64,000 nucleotides of DNA from a virus, in IMG/VR virus record IMGVR_UViG_3300027782_000036. The stretch is one strand, 5' to 3'. Below are positions 20,386 through 29,552 of this stretch, piece by piece. The notes under the pieces were generated by a model. It was not told the DNA's origin and did not search any database. It worked only from the letters and a program-made list of their open reading frames with translations. How positions within the stretch are numbered: the first letter of the stretch is position 1; the number at the start of each line of letters is the position of its first letter. The position numbers and the translations under genes are program-made.

Positions 20386-20942
20386 CCGACTTTATTGAAA
20401 AGATTAGAAATAGGAATATTGAATTAAAAATTAGACCAGAGTTCTTAGATCATTTACGTATATCGGAACACAAAGGTTGGTGGGTAAACACTAAAGGTGA
20501 CCACTATGCACTCTTATGTTGGATCTCAGAACAATTTAATAACACTACAATCTATGATGTTGGTACTTTCAGAGGTATGTCAGCACTAGCATTAGCAGCT
20601 AACCCTACAAATAAAGTTGTAACCTATGATATACATCCATGGCCTGATGATCGTATTCTTAATCCACCATCTAATATTGAATTCATTGTTGGTAATTTCT
20701 TTGAAGATAAAGACATTTTAAAATCACCACTCATTATGTTTGATGTTGATCCACATAATGGTATTATTGAAAGAGAATTTCTAAACTGGCTAGACGCAAA
20801 TGATTACAAAGGCATTGTATTCTTTGATGATATTCATTTAAATCCATCAATGCAATCTATTTGGGATTCTATTAATAAAGAAAAGTATGACTTAACAGAT
20901 TTAGGCCACTATTCTGGTTCAGGTATTGCAATTTATAATTAA
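20382..20942 (+). CDS. Class I SAM-dependent methyltransferase (Methyltransf_24-like)
   Basis: [18 protein letters not shown]-binding motif, VTYDI, DVDPH, FFDDIH; ATGA overlap. Confidence 0.75.
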   Translation: MTDFIEKIRNRNIELKIRPEFLDHLRISEHKGWWVNTKGDHYALLCWISEQFNNTTIYDVGTFRGMSALALAANPTNKVVTYDIHPWPDDRILNPPSNIEFIVGNFFEDKDILKSPLIMFDVDPHNGIIEREFLNWLDANDYKGIVFFDDIHLNPSMQSIWDSINKEKYDLTDLGHYSGSGIAIYN

Positions 20943-20956
20943 TTCGGGAGTATATA

Positions 20957-22099
20957 ATGAGTGAAAAAATGACGTTTCATATCCTAGGTTTGCCACACAC
21001 AGTAACATCTAAAGAGTATGTAGCTTGTGCCTACACACAGAAAGTGTGGAAGTTTGGCAAGATGATGACTGAACGTGGTCATAAAGTAATACACTATGGT
21101 CATGAAGAATCTGATGTGCCATGTACCGAACATGTAACAGTCACTACTAATAAAGACCTAGAGATTGCTTATGGTAACTATGATTGGCGTAAGAACTTCT
21201 TTAAATTTTCTACAGGCGACCATGCTTATCAAGAGTTTTATAAGAACGCAATTCGTGAAGTTGGTCTTCGTAAACAACCAAAAGATTTCATTCTTCCATT
21301 TTGGGGATCAGGTACTAGACCAGTATGTGATGCTCATCCAGATTTAATCACTGTAGAACCTGGTATCGGTTATGCTGGTGGTCATTGGGCTAGATTTAAA
21401 ATTTTTGAATCATATGCTATCATGCACGCTTACTATGGTTTAACAGCGGTAGGAACTTGTAAGAATAACTTCTATGATGTTGTTATCCCCAATTACTTTG
21501 ATCCTGATGACTTTACCTTTGCACCTGAAACTAAGGAAGATTACTTCCTATTCTTAGGTCGAGTTTATGCCGGCAAAGGTGTTGATATTGCTGTTCAAGT
21601 CACAGAGAAGATTGGTGCTAAACTCAAGATTGCTGGACAAAATCCAGATAACACAAAGTTTCCACCTCATGTTGAATTTGTAGGTTATGCTGATGTAGAG
21701 AAACGTAGAGAACTTATGAGTAAAGCTAAAGCATCATTTGTGTGTTCAATGTATGTTGAACCATTTGGTGGTGTTCAAGTTGAAAATCTATTTTCCGGTA
21801 CACCAACAATTACTACAGATTGGGGTTCATTCACTGAGAATAATATTCATGGTGTAACTGGTTATCGTTGCAGAACTTTTGAAGAATTCTGTTGGGCTGC
21901 CAAGAATATCGATAAGATTAAACCACAAAATTGTCGTGATTGGGCTATGAATTTTTCACTCGACAAAGTGGCAAAGATGTATGAAGAATACTTTCAAGCT
22001 GTTTTAAATATCCATGGTAAAAAAGGATGGTATGAAGAGAATCCAGATAGAACGGATTTGAACTATGCTAGAAAATTATATCCTGGAACTGAACTATAA
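20957..22099 (+). CDS. GT-B glycosyltransferase, family 4-like
   Basis: [12 protein letters not shown] and EPFGGVQVE (EX7E) plus [14 protein letters not shown]. Confidence 0.85.
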   Translation: MSEKMTFHILGLPHTVTSKEYVACAYTQKVWKFGKMMTERGHKVIHYGHEESDVPCTEHVTVTTNKDLEIAYGNYDWRKNFFKFSTGDHAYQEFYKNAIREVGLRKQPKDFILPFWGSGTRPVCDAHPDLITVEPGIGYAGGHWARFKIFESYAIMHAYYGLTAVGTCKNNFYDVVIPNYFDPDDFTFAPETKEDYFLFLGRVYAGKGVDIAVQVTEKIGAKLKIAGQNPDNTKFPPHVEFVGYADVEKRRELMSKAKASFVCSMYVEPFGGVQVENLFSGTPTITTDWGSFTENNIHGVTGYRCRTFEEFCWAAKNIDKIKPQNCRDWAMNFSLDKVAKMYEEYFQAVLNIHGKKGWYEENPDRTDLNYARKLYPGTEL

Positions 22100-22112
22100 C
22101 ACATATAATTCA

Positions 22113-22120
22113 TATAAATA
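22113..22120 (+). promoter_or_regulatory. T4 late promoter TATAAATA
   Basis: Exact consensus in the intergenic gap before 22156. Confidence 0.75.
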
Positions 22121-22155
22121 AGACCATATAAAAATCATTTATTTGAGTATAATAT

Positions 22156-22503
22156 ATGGCCACAGGTTATCAAGAACTATATCTAGAAAAAGGTGCTACA
22201 TTTAATGTTACTATTACATTAGATGCTGTTAATAATACCCCGTATAATTTGACAGGTTATACTGCAAATTCTCAGATGCGAACTTCATATTATTCAGCTA
22301 ATGCTGTAGCTACATTCTCCACTAGGATTGGAAATGATCCAACTAAAGGTCAAGTAATTCTTAATCTAACACATCAACAAACAGCTAATATATCTCCTGG
22401 AAGATATGTGTATGATATCTATATCTCCAATGGTTCAGATACGTGGCGTTCAAGAGTTTTAGAGGGAATTGTAAATGTCACTCCGTCTGTAACAGTATTT
22501 TAA
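22156..22503 (+). CDS. Small beta-sandwich virion adaptor protein (LxxxQGATF type)
   Basis: ELYLEKGATF...YNLTGYTANSQMR...GRYVYDI...RVLEGIVNVTPSVT, a family often found before fibre genes. Confidence 0.65.
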   Translation: MATGYQELYLEKGATFNVTITLDAVNNTPYNLTGYTANSQMRTSYYSANAVATFSTRIGNDPTKGQVILNLTHQQTANISPGRYVYDIYISNGSDTWRSRVLEGIVNVTPSVTVF

Positions 22504-22518
22504 GAATAGGTAAAATTA

Positions 22519-23646
22519 ATGCCAACCGTAGCCAGTGATTTATATACCGTAAACACTATACAATATGGAAGTGGTGAACCTGGTGCTACAGGTATCCAAG
22601 GTGCTAGTGGTGCTACAGGTACTCAAGGTGCTTCTGGTTCAGGTGCTGCTGGTGCAACAGGTATTCAAGGCGCTTCAGGTGCTACAGGTACTCAAGGTGC
22701 TACCGGTGTCCAAGGTGCCTCCGGCATAGGTGAAACGGGTGCCTCTGGTGCTGATTCAACGGTTCCAGGTGCTACCGGTGTTCAAGGTGCTTCTGGCATA
22801 GGTGAAATAGGTGCTTCAGGTGCCGACTCAACAGTTCCTGGTGCTACTGGAGAACAAGGTGCTACAGGTGTAGGTTTAACAGGTGCAACTGGTGTTGGTG
22901 GTTCTGGTGCCACTGGTTTATCAGGTGCTACAGGCGTAGGTTTAACAGGTGCAACTGGTGTAAGTGTTACTGGTGCTTCGGGCATAGCAGGTGCTACAGG
23001 CGTAGGTTTAACAGGTGCAACCGGTGTGAGTGTTACTGGTGCTACTGGTTTTGCTGGTGCTACTGGTATTGGTGTGGCTGCAATAACAACATTTAGAACA
23101 TCATCAACAGATCAAGTTGTCGTAGAAACAATCAATGCATCAACACAAAGAAGTGTTAAGTTTGAAATGCAATCAAATACATCTTCACAATTTCAAGCAT
23201 CAGAATTAAGATTATTAGTAGATTTACCTAACATATATCTCACTGAATATGGATCAATAGGTGAATCACTAGGCACATTTAAGACATATTATTCCCCAGC
23301 ATCTAATGATTATTCTTCACCTTATATAAATAATGGTGGACTTTCTGTGTGGAATGGAACAACATTGACTATCTACACAATTCATAATGAAGTCATTCAA
23401 GGTTTATTTTCAATGTATGCCGGTGATACATTTACTTTTAATGGTGGGGCTGCAACCGCCACATTAAGTTCAGTATTTACAGAAGTTTCTACTGGAATTT
23501 ATGAAGCAACTACAGCTGAAAATAGATCACCTCCATTATTATTATCAAGAATACAATGGACAGGAACTGGTAATATTGAATTAAGATATACACCAGTTAA
23601 TGCAGTAACAACATTAAGATATATTAAGGCAGAAATATCTGTCTAA
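22519..23646 (+). CDS. Collagen-like fibre protein 1
   Basis: Interrupted GAT/GAS triplet tracts; C-terminal domain QRSVKFEMQ...LTEYG...LRYTP. Confidence 0.8.
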   Translation: MPTVASDLYTVNTIQYGSGEPGATGIQGASGATGTQGASGSGAAGATGIQGASGATGTQGATGVQGASGIGETGASGADSTVPGATGVQGASGIGEIGASGADSTVPGATGEQGATGVGLTGATGVGGSGATGLSGATGVGLTGATGVSVTGASGIAGATGVGLTGATGVSVTGATGFAGATGIGVAAITTFRTSSTDQVVVETINASTQRSVKFEMQSNTSSQFQASELRLLVDLPNIYLTEYGSIGESLGTFKTYYSPASNDYSSPYINNGGLSVWNGTTLTIYTIHNEVIQGLFSMYAGDTFTFNGGAATATLSSVFTEVSTGIYEATTAENRSPPLLLSRIQWTGTGNIELRYTPVNAVTTLRYIKAEISV

Positions 23647-23659
23647 CAACTTATTTTTT

Positions 23660-23667
23660 TATAAATA
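23660..23667 (+). promoter_or_regulatory. T4 late promoter TATAAATA
   Basis: Exact consensus, intergenic, upstream of 23712. Confidence 0.75.
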
Positions 23668-23711
23668 CAAGATAACAAAAGCACTAAAAATACCATCAAG
23701 GAGATAACACT

Positions 23712-25970
23712 GTGGCAACAAATAATTCAAAATTCGTAGTAAAAAACGGTCTGTCCGTAGGCAATGGTGCCACCGGTCCAATAGATGTCATTGACGAAAA
23801 TGGTAATTGGATAGGAGCTCAACTTCCTTCTGGTGCAACCGGTGCTACAGGTGCTCCTGGTGCCACAGGTTCTCTAGGTAATGATGGTGCGACTGGTTAT
23901 ACCGGCGCTACAGGTATTCAAGGTGCTTCGGGTGCCACAGGTATTGATGGTGCTTCAGGTCTAACAGGCGCAACCGGCATTGATGGTGCTTCAGGTGCAA
24001 CTGGTCTTCAAGGTGCTTCAGGTTTAACTGGAGCTACGGGTATTGATGGTGCTACGGGTATTGATGGCGCAACAGGTATAGATGGTGCTTCAGGTTTAAC
24101 TGGTGCTACAGGCATTGATGGTGCCTCAGGTGCGACTGGTCTCGATGGCGCAACTGGTTACACTGGTGCTACTGGTTCTGCTGGTCTTGATGGTGACAAA
24201 TATAACACCACATCATCTACATCATTATCAATTCCAGTTCTAGGTGCAACTGGTATCACGGTCGATGCTAATTTAGATTATTCACCTGCTCAAACTATCG
24301 TAATCGCAAAAGATGCTAACAACTATCAATTAGGTACAGTCTCATCATATTCAGGAACGACATTAGCTTTTGTTCCAACAACTTATGTAGGTACTGCCTT
24401 AAATCATACTTCATGGACCGTTAATCTAGACGGTGCTCAAGGTGTTCAAGGTGCTACTGGTTACACTGGTGCTACTGGTATCCAAGGTGCTTCGGGTGCT
24501 ACAGGCGCTGATGGTGCTTCAGGTGCCACTGGTTATACTGGTGCTACAGGTATTCAAGGTGCATCTGGCGCTACAGGCGCAGATGGTGCCACTGGTTACA
24601 CAGGTGCTACAGGTATTCAAGGTGCATCAGGTGCCACTGGTGCTGATGGTGCTACAGGAGAAACAGGAGCTACAGGTTACACAGGTGCTACTGGTATTCG
24701 TGGTGCATCAGGTGCTACAGGTTTTGATGGTGCTACAGGAGAAACAGGATCTACAGGTCCAACTGGCCAAGTAGGTGCTTCAGGTGCTACAGGTTCTCAA
24801 GGTTTAGATGGTGCTACAGGTATTCAAGGTGCTTCAGGTGCTACGGGTATTGTAGGTGCTACAGGTTTACAAGGTGCTAGTGGATCAACGGGTATCGATG
24901 GTGCAACCGGTTTAACGGGTGCTACTGGTATCGATGGTGCAACTGGTATTGATGGTGCTACCGGTTATACTGGTGCAACTGGTATCGATGGTGCTTCTGG
25001 TATTGAAGGTGCTACAGGTATTGGTGGTGCTTCTGGTGCTACTGGTCTTGATGGCGCCACAGGTATTGGCGGAGCTACTGGTTATACAGGTGCTACAGGT
25101 ATTGGTGGTGCTTCAGGTGCTGATGGAGATACATATCATGCTCTATCAACTTCAGTGTTTACGATTGGTGGATCTGGTCAAATCACAATAACATTAAATG
25201 CTACAACATACGATTACACTCCAGGCCAATCAATCATAGTTGCTTATAATGCAAGTAACTATCAATTAGGTACAGTTGTAAGTTTAACTACAAATCAACT
25301 TATATTTAATAAGACTACATCAGTTGGTTCAGGTGAACACGATTCATGGACAATAAACTTAGATGGTGCTCAAGGTGTTCAAGGCGCTACTGGTTATACT
25401 GGTGCCACGGGTTCTTCAGGTAATGATGGTGCTACCGGTGTTCAAGGCGCTACTGGTTATACTGGAGCTACAGGCGTTCAAGGTGCTACCGGTGAAACAG
25501 GTGCTACAGGTATTAATGGTGCAACTGGTGAAACAGGCGCTACAGGATATACAGGTGCTACCGGCGTTCAAGGTGCTACAGGCGAAACAGGCGCTACTGG
25601 TGCCACTGGTTCTGATGGTCTTGTAGGTGCTACTGGTTATACAGGTGCTACTGGTGCTGGTTTACAAATTGGTGCATCAGGTTTAACTACAACCGTTCCA
25701 AATCAAACAATCGACACATATGATGCTACTGTATATAGAACTGCTAAGTATATCATTCAAGCTACTCATAGTTCTGACGTTCATTCAACAGAAGTTATTG
25801 TAACACATAATGGAACAGATGCTTCAGTGACAGAATATGCTACACTCTACTCAACATCTAGTTTGATGACGGTTAGTGCACTTTATAGTTCTGGTTATGT
25901 TTATGTTAAAGTCTCACCAGTAAATACAAACACAACTATTGACTTCTTACGTGAAGCAGTATTAGCTTAA
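23712..25970 (+). CDS. Collagen-like fibre protein 2
   Basis: GTG start with AGGAG RBS; FVVKNGL N-terminus; long Gly-X-Y runs split by two globular inserts; C-terminal YRTAKY...TEY domain. Confidence 0.85.
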   Translation: MATNNSKFVVKNGLSVGNGATGPIDVIDENGNWIGAQLPSGATGATGAPGATGSLGNDGATGYTGATGIQGASGATGIDGASGLTGATGIDGASGATGLQGASGLTGATGIDGATGIDGATGIDGASGLTGATGIDGASGATGLDGATGYTGATGSAGLDGDKYNTTSSTSLSIPVLGATGITVDANLDYSPAQTIVIAKDANNYQLGTVSSYSGTTLAFVPTTYVGTALNHTSWTVNLDGAQGVQGATGYTGATGIQGASGATGADGASGATGYTGATGIQGASGATGADGATGYTGATGIQGASGATGADGATGETGATGYTGATGIRGASGATGFDGATGETGSTGPTGQVGASGATGSQGLDGATGIQGASGATGIVGATGLQGASGSTGIDGATGLTGATGIDGATGIDGATGYTGATGIDGASGIEGATGIGGASGATGLDGATGIGGATGYTGATGIGGASGADGDTYHALSTSVFTIGGSGQITITLNATTYDYTPGQSIIVAYNASNYQLGTVVSLTTNQLIFNKTTSVGSGEHDSWTINLDGAQGVQGATGYTGATGSSGNDGATGVQGATGYTGATGVQGATGETGATGINGATGETGATGYTGATGVQGATGETGATGATGSDGLVGATGYTGATGAGLQIGASGLTTTVPNQTIDTYDATVYRTAKYIIQATHSSDVHSTEVIVTHNGTDASVTEYATLYSTSSLMTVSALYSSGYVYVKVSPVNTNTTIDFLREAVLA

Positions 25971-26011
25971 TACAATAAAAATAAAACAAAAATAATCTAG
26001 GGAGATTACTT

Positions 26012-29000
26012 GTGTCACTACCAACGAATGATATAAAATTTAATGTAACGAATGGCCTGGCGGTAGGTGCTTCTGGCATACAAGTAATTAATACATCAGC
26101 TGAATGGGTTGGTAATTCAGGTCCTGGTGAAAGTCCTTATGGCGCTACAGGTCCAGACGGTGTTCAAGGTGCTGATGGTGCTTCAGGTGTTAATGGTGCT
26201 TCGGGTGTAACAGGTCAAGACGGTGCAACAGGTATTGTTGGTACTCGAGCAGAAGATGGCGCTTCAGGTGCTGATGGTCTACAAGGAGCTACAGGTCCTC
26301 TTGGTGCTATAAAACTTCAACATGGATATGAGTGGACTAATGATCAATTACAATGGAGAGGTAATGCATACGCTGGCGGTGCATCTCCAGCAGTATCAAG
26401 ACTAGAATTTCTTCAATCAGATCCTATTTACTCATATTTAAATGCAATATCTCCAGGTACTTCGTTAGTTATAGATTGGACTGGTTTAACTGTTGCTACA
26501 GTTACCACTATAGGCACTGTTCAATCTCCAACAGCATATACTAATGGAAGACATTATCTACAAATAAGTGCAAATCCTGATGGATATTCTTCTGGTGGAT
26601 ATGGATCAACCAATGCATCTGATGTATTAATGATTGGCACAGGTCCACGAAATCAAGGTATTCGTGGAATTGCGGGTGTCGATGGTTCTACAGGTTTAAC
26701 AGGCGTTATAGGTACCGATGGTGCTTCTGGTGTAACAGGCGCTTCAGGTGCTCAAGGTTTAGACGGCGCTACTGGTGCTACAGGCGTAATTGGTATAGAT
26801 GGCGCAACAGGTGTGACGGGTGACGATGGTGCAACGGGTGTTTCAGGTGCAAGATACCATACAACAAGTTCAACTAATCTAGACTTTGGTACACTGTTCA
26901 CTACTTCTATTTTAGTAGATGACGATCACTTAAACTATTCAGCTGGTCAAACTATAATTATTAATGACCTTGCACACGCAGGTCAACATTTTCATGCTAC
27001 AGTTAATTACTATGACCAAGAAACACATGATTTAAACTTCACAGTTATTGACTATGTTGGTACTATATCATCAACTTCATGGGAAATTAACCTTGATGGT
27101 GCAGTAGGTCAAGTGGGGGCTTCAGGTGTAACTGGTACTAATGGTGATCAAGGTCAAATAGGTTCAGATGGCACACAAGGTTCTAACTTTGATTCACAAG
27201 GTGAGACAGGATCAAATGGTGACCAAGGTATTGATGGTTCATTAGGCACACAAGGTTCAAGAGGATCAAATGGGGTTCAAGGTGACCAAGGTATTGCTGG
27301 TTCTGACGGCACACAAGGTTCAAATGGAACACTAGGTGTAAGAGGTGTGACCGGTGAAAATGGCGATCAAGGTGTAGATGGTGATCAAGGAACTTCAGGC
27401 AATAATGGTGCAGTAGGTCAAGATGGTGCTACTGGTGCTCAAGGTGGTGATGGTTCCACCACAACTGGTCCCGTATCATTACTTTTTGGTGTAGCTTATT
27501 CAAATGTCTCTTGGGTAGATGTATCACAAGGTGCTATAGGAATAAATCGTATTGAATATGAATCAACAGAGCCAATAGCATCAACTCTAAATTATTTAAA
27601 CGTAGGTGATACTCTTACTCTAAATTGGGGATACACAAATGGCGGTGGATGGACACAAGCCATAGTAACGGTCACTGAAACATGGACAACAAATGGTGGT
27701 GCAACTGGAACATTTAATGATTGGTATATTGGTGTAGATATTAGTCCTATCACGGAAAGTGGACTTGGATCACCTTCTGTCATATTCTCTACTGCTCCAG
27801 GTGATACAATTGTTTATGAATCATTTACAGGTCCAACAAATACAGGTTATACAGGTTCAACTGGTGCCACAGGTCCTCAAGGAGATGTGGGTAATCAAGG
27901 TTATAATGCTGATCAACTCACTACTGGTAATCCACGTGGTGCATGGGATCCTTACACATTATACTATGTAAATGATATCGTAGTTACTGCTGCTCCTGCT
28001 GATTCACACAGATGTATAGTGCAAAATACAGGCAACGATCCAGATACTACTTCAGGATATTGGGTAACTACAGCTTGGGCTGGTGCTAGTGGTGCTTCAG
28101 GCACAGATGGTGCTTCAGGTGTTACTGGTGAAATTGGTACAGATGGCGCTTCAGGTATAACAGGAGCTAGCGGTGTTACAGGCGATAATGGTCAACAAGG
28201 TATATCTGGATATGATCAATTATATGGTGGTGCAACAGGTTCATTTGGTGCAACAGGTATCGATGGCGCTACAGGCGTTGATGGTGCTTCAGGTGTAACT
28301 GGCACTACTGGTGTAGACGGTGCAACAGGTTCAAACGGATTAAGATTCCATGCACTTGCTGATGGTACATATTCAATTCAAGGTGTAGGTACTAGCACAG
28401 GAGTTACATTATTACCTGACTCACAATCAGAAGATTATTCTTATTCATTTGCAGTTGGTATGTATATTGTTGTTGCTCGTGATGTCAATAACTACATGAT
28501 TGGTATAGTTACTGCATACAATAATACAAATGGTGCATTATCCTTTGACGTAACTACTTCAGTAGGTAGCGGTTCAGGTAGTGGCTGGATAGTCAATCTT
28601 GATGGTGCAGTAGGTATCGCAGGTGCAACTGGTGTAACTGGTCAAGATGGTGCTACAGGTGCTACAGGTACTATAGGTTCTCAAGGTGACCAAGGTGATA
28701 CTGGTTTATCCGGCACTTATGGTGTTCAAGGTACTACAGGTAGAACTGGCGCTACAGGCGTTAAAGGTGACACTGGTCAAAACGGATTAGTAGGTGAAAC
28801 CGGTTCTGATGGTGTCATTGGTGTAACTGGTTTAGATGGTGAACAAGGTGAAACTGGTGCTACAGGCGCTACTGGTGTTACTGGTCTAAAAGGTTTTAGT
28901 TTAGCACAAGGTTCAACTGGTTTAACTGGCACATCACAACAAACTATTAATATATTTGCTGCTAACGAAATTGGAACGGCTAAGTATCTTGTTCAAGGTG

Positions 29001-29509
29001 TATATAGTTCTAACGTTCAAGCTACTGAAGTTATTCTAACACAAAACGGTAGTGGTGTATACATCACAGAATATGCAACACTCAAAACTGGATCTAAAGT
29101 GATGGATGTAACCGCATCTAGTGACGGTTCGGTGATATCACTCAGAGTAACTCCAACAGTTTCTCCTACAACCTACAATTGGGTTCGTGAATCAATTAAA
29201 GGAAGAATTGGTGGAACAACTATAGAAGATATAACTGGAACTAGTTTCTTCTTTTCATATTCACATACAGATAATCCAGCAATTGCAGTAGGTAAAGCTA
29301 ATCTATATTTTGGAACATATTGGACAAACTTAATTAATTTCACATCATTAATTGGTTCAAGTGTAACATTTGATGAAGCTGGTGTTGGACCACAAAGTCC
29401 GGCAGTAGGTGTTGTTGATAGTTGGGACGGCACAACATTAGTTGTAACTATCTCAAGTGGATCATTTACAAATAGAACCACATTGGATAAAATCACCTAT
29501 GGCTACTAA
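26012..29509 (+). CDS. Collagen-like fibre protein 3 with multiple inserted globular domains
   Basis: GTG start with GGGAG RBS; FNVTNGL N-terminus; Gly-X-Y tracts; CBM-like motif; GTAKY...TEY domain plus an extra terminal domain. Confidence 0.85.
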   Translation: MSLPTNDIKFNVTNGLAVGASGIQVINTSAEWVGNSGPGESPYGATGPDGVQGADGASGVNGASGVTGQDGATGIVGTRAEDGASGADGLQGATGPLGAIKLQHGYEWTNDQLQWRGNAYAGGASPAVSRLEFLQSDPIYSYLNAISPGTSLVIDWTGLTVATVTTIGTVQSPTAYTNGRHYLQISANPDGYSSGGYGSTNASDVLMIGTGPRNQGIRGIAGVDGSTGLTGVIGTDGASGVTGASGAQGLDGATGATGVIGIDGATGVTGDDGATGVSGARYHTTSSTNLDFGTLFTTSILVDDDHLNYSAGQTIIINDLAHAGQHFHATVNYYDQETHDLNFTVIDYVGTISSTSWEINLDGAVGQVGASGVTGTNGDQGQIGSDGTQGSNFDSQGETGSNGDQGIDGSLGTQGSRGSNGVQGDQGIAGSDGTQGSNGTLGVRGVTGENGDQGVDGDQGTSGNNGAVGQDGATGAQGGDGSTTTGPVSLLFGVAYSNVSWVDVSQGAIGINRIEYESTEPIASTLNYLNVGDTLTLNWGYTNGGGWTQAIVTVTETWTTNGGATGTFNDWYIGVDISPITESGLGSPSVIFSTAPGDTIVYESFTGPTNTGYTGSTGATGPQGDVGNQGYNADQLTTGNPRGAWDPYTLYYVNDIVVTAAPADSHRCIVQNTGNDPDTTSGYWVTTAWAGASGASGTDGASGVTGEIGTDGASGITGASGVTGDNGQQGISGYDQLYGGATGSFGATGIDGATGVDGASGVTGTTGVDGATGSNGLRFHALADGTYSIQGVGTSTGVTLLPDSQSEDYSYSFAVGMYIVVARDVNNYMIGIVTAYNNTNGALSFDVTTSVGSGSGSGWIVNLDGAVGIAGATGVTGQDGATGATGTIGSQGDQGDTGLSGTYGVQGTTGRTGATGVKGDTGQNGLVGETGSDGVIGVTGLDGEQGETGATGATGVTGLKGFSLAQGSTGLTGTSQQTINIFAANEIGTAKYLVQGVYSSNVQATEVILTQNGSGVYITEYATLKTGSKVMDVTASSDGSVISLRVTPTVSPTTYNWVRESIKGRIGGTTIEDITGTSFFFSYSHTDNPAIAVGKANLYFGTYWTNLINFTSLIGSSVTFDEAGVGPQSPAVGVVDSWDGTTLVVTISSGSFTNRTTLDKITYGY

Positions 29510-29515
29510 TAAATA
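29508..29515 (+). promoter_or_regulatory. Putative late promoter (AATAAATA)
   Basis: Overlaps the 26012 stop codon, upstream of 29553. Confidence 0.6.
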
Positions 29516-29552
29516 ACATATAACAATCGTATAACACCGGGGAAAATGAACC

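Noticed and set aside
18047-22099. T4-type DNA glucosylation (agt/bgt) role for the GTs
   Set aside because: Not excluded, but disfavoured: no hydroxymethylase nearby, location among virion genes, and a late-type promoter.
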